NCBI GenBank assembly: GCA_043822305.1
Contig: JBDRBU010000102.1
Coordinates: 1-30,642 of the forward strand
Source: Candidatus Firestoneibacteriota bacterium
Lineage (GTDB): Bacteria > Oederibacteriota > D2-FULL-39-29 > JBDRBU01
Direction of reading: 5' to 3'
Length of the DNA stretch: 30,642 bases
Translations under genes and position numbers: made by a program
Shown here: piece after piece, positions 11,026-19,081 of the stretch
How positions within the stretch are numbered: position 1 is the stretch's first letter
Layout: every line of letters starts with the position of its first letter
The notes under the pieces: generated by a model
What the model saw: the letters and a program-made list of their open reading frames with translations, nothing else
Told to the model about the DNA's origin: nothing
The model's database searches: none

Positions 11026-12124
11026 AAATAGTGAATTTGAAGAGTTTTATTTAAATATGGGACCTCAGCATCCGAGCACCCATGGGGTTTTACATTTATT
11101 ATTAAAAATGGATGGTGAAGTTGTTGTTCATTCTGTGGTTGATATTGGATATTTGCATAGAGGTCTGGAAAAATTAGCTGAAAAACGAACTTATCAGGGA
11201 AATATTGCCTTAAGCGATAGATGGGATTATTTAGCTTCTATGAATAATAATTTTGCTATGTGTCTAACAGTAGAAAAAATAATGAAGTTGCAAATACCAA
11301 AAAGAGCAGAGTATATAAGAGTCATTATGGCCGAGTTAAATCGTATCGCCAGTCATTTGATTTTATTCGGGACATATGGTATAGATATGGGTGCCTGGAC
11401 GGCTATCTTGTATGGTTTTAGAGAAAGGGAAAGAATAATGGACCTGTTTGAATCAGTCTGTGGGGCAAGACTTACTTATAATTATTTTAGAATTGGCGGA
11501 GTTTCAGCAGATTTACCGGCTGGATTTGTTGAGAAAACTAAAGAATTTATTAAATATTTTAGAAAGAAGTTAAAAGAATATGATGATTTATTAAGTAATA
11601 ATGTAATTTTCCAAGATAGGGTTAAAAATATAGGAATTTTTCCAAAAGAATGTGTAATAGATTATGGATTAAGTGGACCAAATTTAAGAGGGTCTGGAGT
11701 AAAATTTGATATTAGAAAAAATGACACATATTCAGTTTATAATGAATTTGATTTTGATATCCCGGTTGGGACTAAAGGTGATGCCTGGGACAGATATTAT
11801 GTTAGAATGAGAGAGATGTATGAAAGCACGAAAATAATTGAACAAGCATTAGAAAAATTACAGGATGGAGAAATTTGGGCAAAAGTTCCAAGAGTTATCA
11901 GATTGCCTAAGGGCGAAGTTTATATCAGGACAGAAGCGCCAAGAGGGGAATTAGGGATTTATTTAATAAGTGATGGAGGAACTTCTCCATATAGAATGAA
12001 AATTAGGGGACCTTCGTTTGTAAATTTACAGATTTTACAGAAAGTATTAAATGGTTTAAAGATCGCTGATGTTGTTGCCGTTTTAGCTAGTATTGATATT
12101 GTCTTAGGAGAAGTTGATAGATAA
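11018..12124 (+). CDS. nuoD: NADH-quinone oxidoreductase subunit D
   Basis: NMGPQHPSTHGVL, GYLHRGLEK, C-terminal DIVLGEVDR; no NiFe CxxC motifs; ATG 11018 overlaps the end of nuoC. Confidence 0.96.
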   Translation: MTKNSEFEEFYLNMGPQHPSTHGVLHLLLKMDGEVVVHSVVDIGYLHRGLEKLAEKRTYQGNIALSDRWDYLASMNNNFAMCLTVEKIMKLQIPKRAEYIRVIMAELNRIASHLILFGTYGIDMGAWTAILYGFRERERIMDLFESVCGARLTYNYFRIGGVSADLPAGFVEKTKEFIKYFRKKLKEYDDLLSNNVIFQDRVKNIGIFPKECVIDYGLSGPNLRGSGVKFDIRKNDTYSVYNEFDFDIPVGTKGDAWDRYYVRMREMYESTKIIEQALEKLQDGEIWAKVPRVIRLPKGEVYIRTEAPRGELGIYLISDGGTSPYRMKIRGPSFVNLQILQKVLNGLKIADVVAVLASIDIVLGEVDR

Positions 12125-13167
12125 TGAAACAACTACCCGGTTTAGAAATAATATGGTTAAAATTGATTGAAATTTTTGAAAAGATTTGCGCCTCATTAGG
12201 TATTCCATATTTTATAGTTTTTGTTATTGAAAAAATGTTTTTTGGAATTGTTCTTCTTGGTTTTATTTCTATTACAGTTTTATTTTTAATCTGGATGGAA
12301 AGAAAAGTATCGGCTCATATGCAATCAAGGCTTGGGCCTATGGAAACCGGTGGATGGCATGGCTGGGCACAAACTATAGCCGATATGATTAAGATACTTT
12401 TAAAAGAAGATATTATCCCAGAAAAAGCAGATAAATGGGTTCACAGGATTGCTCCAATTGTAATGTTTGTCCCGGCTCTAATGGGATTTCTGGTTATTCC
12501 ATTTGAAAAGAATTTAATTGGACAAGATTTAAATGTTGGTGTTTTGATTATTTTTGCTTTTTCTGGATTAGCTGTTTTAAGTATAATCATGGGTGGCTGG
12601 GCTTCTAATAATAAATATTCATTACTTGGAGGGATTCGTTCTGCGGCTCAAATGGTGAGTTATGAGATTCCTTTATTATTGTCTGTTCTGGGTGTTATTA
12701 TGATTACAGGGAGTTTAAAGATGACAGATATTGTAAGTGCTCAGAGTAAGATTTGGTTTTGTTTTACTCAGCCACTTGGATTTATAATTTATATAATTTC
12801 TGCTACGGCTGAGGTAAATAGAACACCTTTTGATATTCCTGAAGCAGAGTCAGAATTAGTTACTGGTTATAACACTGAATACAGTGGGTTGAAGTACGGT
12901 TTTTTTATGCTTTCAGAGTTTACCAATATGTTTATTGTATCTGCTGTAGCCACTACTGTTTTTCTGGGAGGATGGAAAGGAGTAATTCTTCCCCCGGTAG
13001 TCTGGTTTTTACTTAAAACATATCTAATTGTATTTTTGTTAATGTGGTTTAGATGGACTTTTCCTCGGTTAAGAGTTGATAGACTGATGGATTTCGGATG
13101 GAAGTTTCTTATTCCATTGGCATTTTTAAATATATTTTTAACAGGATTCTTTATTTTGATTAAATGA
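12124..13167 (+). CDS. nuoH: NADH-quinone oxidoreductase subunit H
   Basis: ERKVSAHMQSRLGP, SNNKYSLLGG.R..AQMVSYE, NRTPFDIPEAESELV, PRLRVD. Confidence 0.96.
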   Translation: MKQLPGLEIIWLKLIEIFEKICASLGIPYFIVFVIEKMFFGIVLLGFISITVLFLIWMERKVSAHMQSRLGPMETGGWHGWAQTIADMIKILLKEDIIPEKADKWVHRIAPIVMFVPALMGFLVIPFEKNLIGQDLNVGVLIIFAFSGLAVLSIIMGGWASNNKYSLLGGIRSAAQMVSYEIPLLLSVLGVIMITGSLKMTDIVSAQSKIWFCFTQPLGFIIYIISATAEVNRTPFDIPEAESELVTGYNTEYSGLKYGFFMLSEFTNMFIVSAVATTVFLGGWKGVILPPVVWFLLKTYLIVFLLMWFRWTFPRLRVDRLMDFGWKFLIPLAFLNIFLTGFFILIK

Positions 13168-13592
13168 AAAAATATTTGCAGAACATAATAACAGGTTCAA
13201 TCAGTCTTATAAAAGGAATGGCCGTTACTTTAAAATATTATTTTATTAAACCTATAACTGTTCAATATCCGCATGAGAGATTAGTCGTTTCTTCCCGCTG
13301 GCGTGGAATGTTAAGGCAGATTTGTGATCCTAATGGAGATGAGATTTGTGATGGATGTGGAATATGTGTGAAGAATTGTCCAGTTTCCTGTATTTCTATG
13401 GAAGTTTATAAGGACGAAAAGACCGGAAAAAGAAAAACAAGTTCATATTTGATAAACTTTGGAAGATGTATGTTTTGTGGTTTATGTGTAGAATCCTGCC
13501 CAAAAAAATGCCTTATTCATACTACAGATTACGAATTTGTAAGTTATGATAAAGAAAGTTTAATATTAGGTAAAGATAAAATATTGAGGTAA
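13164..13592 (+). CDS. nuoI: NADH-quinone oxidoreductase subunit I
   Basis: TVQYP..R...RWRG; two CxxCxxCxxxCP clusters. Confidence 0.93.
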   Translation: MKKYLQNIITGSISLIKGMAVTLKYYFIKPITVQYPHERLVVSSRWRGMLRQICDPNGDEICDGCGICVKNCPVSCISMEVYKDEKTGKRKTSSYLINFGRCMFCGLCVESCPKKCLIHTTDYEFVSYDKESLILGKDKILR

Positions 13593-13619
13593 ATACTTGC
13601 TAAAGAGGCTGTGTAGCCA

Positions 13620-13725
13620 TGTCATTGCGAGGGACGGAGTCCCGAAGCAATCTCATTAGTTGAAGATTGCCGAAGGCAAGAATATCGAGATGCATGAGAT
13701 TGCTTTGCTTTCGCTCGCAATGACA
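13620..13725. repeat. TGTCATTGCGAG...CTCGCAATGACA palindromic element (RPE/REPIN-like)
   Basis: 12-bp perfect terminal inverted repeat plus inner AAGCAATCTCAT/ATGAGATTGCTT pairing. Confidence 0.8.
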
Positions 13726-13739
13726 CTTTTTAGTGTAAG

Positions 13740-13821
13740 GCCGGGATGGCGGAATTGGTAGACGCGTACGTTTGAGGGGCGTATGGGTTTTCCCGTGTGG
13801 GTTCAATTCCCACTCCCGGCA
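13740..13821 (+). tRNA. tRNA-Leu (anticodon GAG)
   Basis: Acceptor GCCGGGA/TCCCGGC; D-loop GGTAGA; anticodon arm TACGT-TTGAGGG-GCGTA; long variable arm; T-loop GGTTCAATTCC; CCA not encoded. Confidence 0.95.
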
Positions 13822-13854
13822 CTAAATTAGAAAAAAAACGAAAAAAACGAAAAA

Positions 13855-13888
13855 AACAACCCCCTGGCCCCCTTTAATAAGGGGGAAT
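13855..13888. repeat. AACAACCCCC-N3-CCCCCTTTAATAAGGGGGAA repeat copy (possible tRNA terminator)
   Basis: Near-identical to 9964-9996. Confidence 0.7.
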
Positions 13889-13915
13889 AAAAAAATAAGA
13901 AAATTTGGAGGAAAA

Positions 13916-14713
13916 ATGTTAATAGTTGGTGAGAGAATAAATGCTACAAGAAAACTTATTGGAGAAGCTGTGACGAAAAGAGATAGAGAGGTTATAATAA
14001 AAGAAGTTATGGAGCAGGAGAAAGCAGGAGCAAAGATGATAGATGTAAATTCTGGCAAATCTCCTGATAAAGAAATTGAAGATATGAAGTGGCTTATTGA
14101 GGTGGCTCAATCTGTTACAAATTTACCACTATGCCTTGATAGCGCCAATCCGAAAGTATTAGAAGTTGCTTTAAAGTTAAATAAAAATGGAAAACCATTA
14201 GTTAATTCAGTTACTGATGAACAAAAAAAAATAGAAGAAGTATGCCCATTAGTTAAAGAACACAACTCAGGAATAGTTGCTTTAACCATTGATGAAAAAG
14301 GAGTTCCGAATAGTGTTGAAAGAAGGAAAGAGATTACTAATAGTTTAGTTAAAAAAATAGTAAACTTTGGAGTCAAAATAGAAGATATTTATGTTGACCC
14401 ATGCATATTTCCAATTAGTACAGATACTGTAAATGCAATACATTCTATAGAATCAATAAAATGGATAAAATCAAACTTTCCAGGGATTAAAACTGTAATT
14501 GGTTTAAGTAATGTATCATATGGTCTTCCTTTAAGAGGTTTAATGAATCAAGCCTTTATAGTTTTATGTATAAATGCTGGTTTAGATGCTGCTATTATTG
14601 ATCCCCTTGATAAGAAAATGGTGTCTTTGATTTATGCAACAAACTGTCTTCTTAATCTGGATGAGTATTGTCTGGAATATATAACAGCAGCCAAGAAAGG
14701 GAAATTAATGTAA
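13916..14713 (+). CDS. acsE: Methyltetrahydrofolate:corrinoid methyltransferase (AcsE/MeTr-like, pterin-binding barrel)
   Basis: IVGERINA, AGA.MIDVN, LCLDSAN, VNSV, YVDP, GLSNVSYGLP.R..MN.AF, GLDAAIIDP. Confidence 0.8.
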   Translation: MLIVGERINATRKLIGEAVTKRDREVIIKEVMEQEKAGAKMIDVNSGKSPDKEIEDMKWLIEVAQSVTNLPLCLDSANPKVLEVALKLNKNGKPLVNSVTDEQKKIEEVCPLVKEHNSGIVALTIDEKGVPNSVERRKEITNSLVKKIVNFGVKIEDIYVDPCIFPISTDTVNAIHSIESIKWIKSNFPGIKTVIGLSNVSYGLPLRGLMNQAFIVLCINAGLDAAIIDPLDKKMVSLIYATNCLLNLDEYCLEYITAAKKGKLM

Positions 14714-14720
14714 TTTCAAA

Positions 14721-16058
14721 ATGAAAGTAGAAAGTGCCATAAAGTATTTAAATAGTTTTACTGATTATGAAAAAACAACAGGATATTCTTATAATGCTGC
14801 TTATTTTAATCTTGCCAGAATAAAGTATATACTGTCCAAATTAGGGAATCCTCATTTAAAAATACCATCCATTCATATAGCCGGGACAAAAGGTAAAGGT
14901 TCTGTCGCAAATTTAGTTTCAGGTATTCTGGCTAATTCAGGATTAAAAGTTGGTTTATATACCTCTCCACATATAATCACTTTTAAAGAAAGAATAAAAA
15001 TAAACAAAAAGATGATAACTTTAAAAGAAATTTCTCTTTTAATAAATAAGTTAAAACCGGCGATTGATAATTTAATAAGTAATACCAAATACGGACTTCC
15101 AACATATTTTGAGGTTTATACAGCCTTAGCCTTTTTATATTTTTATATTAAAAAAGTTGATATTATGGTTCTTGAAGTTGGCCTGGGAGGAAGATTAGAT
15201 GCCACGAATGTTGTCACACCCTTGGTTTCAGTTATAACACCGATTAGTTTGGACCATACAAAAGAATTAGGAGATATACTTTTAAAGATCGCAAAAGAAA
15301 AACTTGGCATAATCAAAAGGAAGACTATGGTCGTATCATCTCCTCAGAATCCGTTAGTTACAAAATTAATAAAAAAAGTAAGCAAAGAAAAGAATTGCCG
15401 GTATTTGGAAGTGGGTAAAGAAGTATCTTTTAAGATTGAAAAAAGCAATATTAAGGGGAGTATATTTTCTATGTTTGGAATTAGAGGAGTGTATCATAAT
15501 CTTAAACTCAAATTAATCGGCGAGCATCAGGTTTTAAATTCTGTAGTTGCTGTTTCAGTAGTTGAAGTTATATACGATAAATTTAAATTAAGAATGAAAA
15601 AGTCATTGGAATCTTCTATAAAAAATGGTATAAAAGATTTAGTTTTGCCAGGCAGAATTCAGATTGTAAGCAAAAACCCCTGGATTGTAGTTGATGGTGC
15701 GCATAATATGGCATCAATGAAAGTTTTAAAAGATTCACTAATTAAATATTTCCCATATAAAAAATTAATATTGGTTTTTGGAATGTCAGCAGATAAGGAT
15801 ATAAAAGGAGTAGCAAATATTATTTCAAAAATTACAGATTTGGCCATATTAGTAAAATCCTCAAATTATCGTTCTGCAGAACCAAAGGTAATGGCAAAAT
15901 TAGTCAGGTTTGAAAAATTTATTTGCTCTAATTCTGTAAAAGAAGGGATAAGGGATGCAAGGAAAATATCTAATAAAAATGACCTGATATGTATAACTGG
16001 TTCATTTTATGTCGTCTATGATGCCTTAAAGCGGGGTTTAAATGTGGTTAATAATTGA
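14721..16058 (+). CDS. folC: Folylpolyglutamate synthase/dihydrofolate synthase
   Basis: HIAGTKGKGS, GLYTSPH, EVGLGGRLDATNV, DGAHN, TGSFY. Confidence 0.96.
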   Translation: MKVESAIKYLNSFTDYEKTTGYSYNAAYFNLARIKYILSKLGNPHLKIPSIHIAGTKGKGSVANLVSGILANSGLKVGLYTSPHIITFKERIKINKKMITLKEISLLINKLKPAIDNLISNTKYGLPTYFEVYTALAFLYFYIKKVDIMVLEVGLGGRLDATNVVTPLVSVITPISLDHTKELGDILLKIAKEKLGIIKRKTMVVSSPQNPLVTKLIKKVSKEKNCRYLEVGKEVSFKIEKSNIKGSIFSMFGIRGVYHNLKLKLIGEHQVLNSVVAVSVVEVIYDKFKLRMKKSLESSIKNGIKDLVLPGRIQIVSKNPWIVVDGAHNMASMKVLKDSLIKYFPYKKLILVFGMSADKDIKGVANIISKITDLAILVKSSNYRSAEPKVMAKLVRFEKFICSNSVKEGIRDARKISNKNDLICITGSFYVVYDALKRGLNVVNN

Positions 16059-16572
16059 TGGATATAATGTGATAAAGTCTACAAAGTTTTTAGATGATTT
16101 TAAATTTAATGAATTAAAAAATCAAAGAGAAAAATTTATATTTTTAATGGGTAATTATAGATTTAAAACTAATCATAAAATAACTATTGTCTTTGATGGC
16201 AGTAAATCATCGCAAGAATTTGTTAATAAAGAGAATGTGAATGGCTTAGAAGTGATATATTCAAAGTCTGGACAGATTGCCGATGAACTCATAAAAAACA
16301 TAGTAGAAAATTCAACTAATCCTAAGGATATATTAGTCGTGTCTTCAGATAAGAGTGTTTCGCATTATGCAAGAATGTTAGGTGCTTCTACCTCTAATTC
16401 CGAGGAGTTATATTCTAAACTTAAAATTCCTTCGCTAACATATGGTTTAACAAAGTCAGAGTATATTGAAAAATATGTAAAAGGCTATGATGATGAAGAA
16501 AATTTAAAACATTTCCAAAAGGGTTTATCAAAAAGAGATAAGAAAGATAAAAGAAAGTTGAAATTATGGTAA
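16042..16572 (+). CDS. NYN-domain (YacP/Rae1-like) ribonuclease
   Basis: IIDGYNVI, IVFDG, 'YS..GQ.AD..I', VVSSD. Confidence 0.88.
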   Translation: MWLIIDGYNVIKSTKFLDDFKFNELKNQREKFIFLMGNYRFKTNHKITIVFDGSKSSQEFVNKENVNGLEVIYSKSGQIADELIKNIVENSTNPKDILVVSSDKSVSHYARMLGASTSNSEELYSKLKIPSLTYGLTKSEYIEKYVKGYDDEENLKHFQKGLSKRDKKDKRKLKLW

Positions 16573-16578
16573 ATTTCC

Positions 16579-16606
16579 TTGTATTTTTTTAATTTTATGT
16601 TATAAT
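16579..16606 (+). promoter_or_regulatory. Putative sigma70 promoter
   Basis: TTGTAT-16-TATAAT with TG extension. Confidence 0.5.
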
Positions 16607-16630
16607 ATATTATAAATAGGTATCTGTCCA

Positions 16631-16671
16631 TATGACTTTCCGTTGTTCGCCAAGAGCGAACAGACTATGAG
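16631..16671 (+). repeat. Leader repeat copy 1 (TATGACTTTCC-GTTGTTCGCCAAGAGCGAACAGACTATGAG)
   Basis: Second copy at 17654-17723; contains a TGTTCGC/GCGAACA hairpin; abuts the RBS. Confidence 0.7.
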
Positions 16672-16679
16672 GAGGTATT

Positions 16680-17645
16680 ATGTTAAAAAGAATTATGGTA
16701 GCAGGTATTGTTGTCTGTTTTTATGGTACTATATTATTTGCTGATTCTGATGATGAGATAATGAAAAGATTATCTTCTGTAACAGGAATATCAAAATCAG
16801 AAATCATTAGATATAAGAGTAAATCTACTTTAAATGATATATTAATGGCATATGTGGTTTCATGTTATGCCGGTGGTAATGTGGAGATTATTTTGAATGC
16901 GAGTGATTCCGGGAAAAATATGAAAGGATATTACAAAAGTTATAATATTGGTGAAGATATTCAAAGTAAAATAAGCAGCAAGTACAGTGAATTAAGTGCA
17001 AAAGTGTTTAAAGAAGAATTTAAAATAGCGGATTATTCTGGAATAAATAAAGAAAAAGTTGCAGGATTGATTTCTCAAAAAACAGGTGTATCAAAAGGGT
17101 CTGTTTTAGAATACGGTTTTGGTTCAGGACTTTCTGTAAATGATATTTTATTAGCATGTGTGATTGCATCAAAGACAGGAAATAATTTATCTAATATTGT
17201 TGAAATAAGAAAGCAAACAGGAAGTTGGAATGGTGTTTATGAGAGATATTGTATAAATAGCAATAGCCAAAGTGTAATCAATAGTAAATGTGGTGAATAT
17301 TCAGAGGAAGTAAATTTATTAGCATCCATTCCTGTCGCAAAAGAGAAGAAATCTATAACTGGAGAGATGGAATCTTCTACGGCTGTTATATCGAGGATTA
17401 CCGGAGTTTATAAAGGGAAAATATTGGATTGTTATAAAGAAGGCGAGAGTGAAAGTGATATAATAACGGGTTGTGCCATCAGTAGCAAAACTGGTAATGA
17501 CATTTATAATATAATGAAATTAAAAAACGAAGGTGGATGGAAAAAGGTTTATAATTATTATTGTATATCAAAAACAACACAAGATAAGATAGGCGAAATA
17601 ATATCAAAAGTAAATGAGGTTTTACACCCCCCTGCATCTGAATAA
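16680..17645 (+). CDS. Secreted protein of three tandem ~75-100 aa helical repeats
   Basis: Signal peptide; repeated 'S..TG.SK..I..Y......DI.....I.SK.G.....I......G.W...Y..Y.I....Q..I'. Confidence 0.75.
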   Translation: MLKRIMVAGIVVCFYGTILFADSDDEIMKRLSSVTGISKSEIIRYKSKSTLNDILMAYVVSCYAGGNVEIILNASDSGKNMKGYYKSYNIGEDIQSKISSKYSELSAKVFKEEFKIADYSGINKEKVAGLISQKTGVSKGSVLEYGFGSGLSVNDILLACVIASKTGNNLSNIVEIRKQTGSWNGVYERYCINSNSQSVINSKCGEYSEEVNLLASIPVAKEKKSITGEMESSTAVISRITGVYKGKILDCYKEGESESDIITGCAISSKTGNDIYNIMKLKNEGGWKKVYNYYCISKTTQDKIGEIISKVNEVLHPPASE

Positions 17646-17653
17646 TATAATAT

Positions 17654-17723
17654 TATGACTTTCCATAATGTAAATAAATAATATTAGGAATAGTTGTTCG
17701 CCAAGAGGCGAACAGACTATGAG
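17654..17723 (+). repeat. Leader repeat copy 2 with a 28-bp AT-rich insert
   Basis: TATGACTTTCC[28 bp]GTTGTTCGCCAAGAGGCGAACAGACTATGAG before the GGAGG RBS. Confidence 0.7.
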
Positions 17724-17738
17724 AAAGGAGGAAAAAAT

Positions 17739-18011
17739 ATGTCAGAGACTAAAGGAAGTTTAGGTTTTTATATTATTGTCTTGATCGTAGGAGCAGTTAT
17801 AGGAACTGTTTTAGGTGAGGTGATTGGCAGTTTAATACCAAAAGATGGTATTATTCATGATTTTTTTGTAACAGGTGTAACACTTGGTATAACAAAACCA
17901 TTAGAGGTAGATTTAAAGTTTTTTGCTTTAGTTGTAGGGTTGACTATTAAATTAACAGTTAGTAGTGTTATTGGAATATTAATAGCTGCTGTGATTATGA
18001 GAAAAGTGTAG
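17739..18011 (+). CDS. DUF4321 family membrane protein
   Basis: AAGGAGG RBS; 'GAVIGTVLGE...GI..P...DL....L..GLTIKL...S.IG'. Confidence 0.75.
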   Translation: MSETKGSLGFYIIVLIVGAVIGTVLGEVIGSLIPKDGIIHDFFVTGVTLGITKPLEVDLKFFALVVGLTIKLTVSSVIGILIAAVIMRKV

Positions 18012-18164
18012 TCGGAGTGTTAACCCCAATTAAAAAGACCGCTAAAGACATATCGGGTAAATAGTTGGCGAACCACAATAGATTAAAACATCATAAAAAC
18101 CTGAAGAATCATTATTCTTATATCAAATGAAAATTTGTTTTTTTTGATAAAGGAGGAAGAGAAA

Positions 18165-18476
18165 ATGGCTATTAACACGGTAAAAGTACCAAAGGAAATG
18201 GAACTGCTATTTATTAAAGCGCAGGAATATGTGAGTAAGTATTTTGCGAATAGAGTTGAGGACACTACAAAAGGAGAAATTTTTATTGGTGGTGAGAGAT
18301 ACATTTTAGTCAGGGCAGCTTCTATGTCCGTTGAATTTTTAGATTTTATTAAAAGTATCTATCCGGGGTTAGAGAAAAGTGAATCGGTGAAGGTATCTTC
18401 AAGTATTCTTTTTGATATTGCTCATGCTATTGGTAGGCTTGACCTGCCCCCAAATATTATACCACTTTTTAGTTGA
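18165..18476 (+). pseudogene. Truncated XylR-N/V4R-type sensory domain protein
   Basis: AGGAGG RBS; 'GEIFIGGERYILVRAASMSVEF' typical of V4R-containing sensor N-termini; family-like sequence stops at HAIG, where an IS-end-like sequence begins. Confidence 0.6.
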
Positions 18477-18480
18477 GACT
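18440..18480. mobile_element. Possible IS3-family terminal inverted repeat remnant
   Basis: TGACCTGCCCCC start resembles IS3-family ends and coincides with the gene truncation; no transposase follows. Confidence 0.45.
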
Positions 18481-18502
18481 TAAACATAAATTTACCTTGT
18501 CT

Positions 18503-18607
18503 GGTAATGGGTCAGTTATCGAGGGTAGTCGCAGGTTTTAACCTGCGTACAAATAACGCAACCTGAAGGTTGCGACTACCAAAAGCGACAATCACTGACC
18601 GATTACC
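18503..18607. repeat. GTAG REP doublet (REPIN, 18524-18580) nested in GGTAATGGGTCAGT...ACTGACCGATTACC arms
   Basis: GGTAGTCGCAGGTTTTAACCTGCG and CGCAACCTGAAGGTTGCGACTACC in inverted orientation. Confidence 0.8.
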
Positions 18608-18636
18608 TTGAAAATTCCTCTTGATAATATTATACT
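18608..18636 (+). promoter_or_regulatory. Putative native tRNA-Ser promoter
   Basis: TTGAAA-17-TATACT, 8 bp upstream of the tRNA 5' end. Confidence 0.65.
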
Positions 18637-18644
18637 TATATAGA

Positions 18645-18686
18645 GGAGGGTTAGCCCTAACTGGTAAGGCACCTGACTTGAAATCA
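18645..18686 (+). repeat. 5' half of tRNA-Ser(TGA), copy 1 (putative attL core)
   Basis: GGAGGGT-TA-GCC-CTAACTGGTAA-GGC-A-CCTGA-CTTGAAA-TCA; no variable arm, T arm or 3' acceptor strand follows. Confidence 0.88.
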
Positions 18687-18828
18687 GAAATTAAGCATAT
18701 GACGCTTCCCTTATTTTTAAAGAAAGATCAACAAACTAAAGAATTTTTCTAGAATTTGTTCATTCTCGCATTTGATTACATCTCATCAGATTTAACTGCA
18801 TTTTGGTCACGATTTGGGCAAATTTGAT

Positions 18829-18869
18829 AAGCACCTATCTTAAGAAGTTTTTAGGCTGGTGCTTTTTTT
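18829..18869 (+). terminator. Terminator-like hairpin AAGCACC...GGTGCTT + T-tract
   Basis: Related hairpin with the same TTAAGAAGTTTT loop at 29777-29810. Confidence 0.6.
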
Positions 18870-18907
18870 ATTTTGTAAAAAGATTTTTGGAGAATATGTG
18901 AAATTTC

Positions 18908-18936
18908 TTGTCAATTTACGATTGTTAATGTATACT
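18908..18936 (+). promoter_or_regulatory. Putative sigma70 promoter for island 1 cargo
   Basis: TTGTCA-17-TATACT. Confidence 0.65.
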
Positions 18937-19030
18937 ATACACAGAAACAGGAGGGAAATTATGCATTTCCCGGAAAGGAAAAAGATACTAAATAGGTTTG
19001 CTAAAATAAGAAAGGATTAGATAATAATAG

Positions 19031-19060
19031 AACCCACTTCTAAGGAGTGGGTTTTTGTTT
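19031..19060 (+). terminator. Intrinsic terminator upstream of the TPR gene
   Basis: AACCCACTTCTAAGGAGTGGGTT hairpin followed by TTTGTTT. Confidence 0.7.
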
Positions 19061-19081
19061 ATAGTAATAATAGGGAAGAAG

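Noticed and set aside
10027..13592. Group 4 NiFe hydrogenase
   Set aside because: The large subunit lacks CxxC Ni-binding motifs and has the NuoD GPQHPSTHG and GEVDR motifs
13600..13806. 68-aa minus-strand ORF
   Set aside because: Overlaps tRNA-Leu and the palindromic element
13831..13857. AAAAAAACG tandem repeat, about three copies
   Set aside because: Low-complexity intergenic slippage with no evident function
18645..18760. Intact or intron-containing tRNA-Ser
   Set aside because: No 3' exon found in the window, and the sequence after each copy differs and shows no intron core
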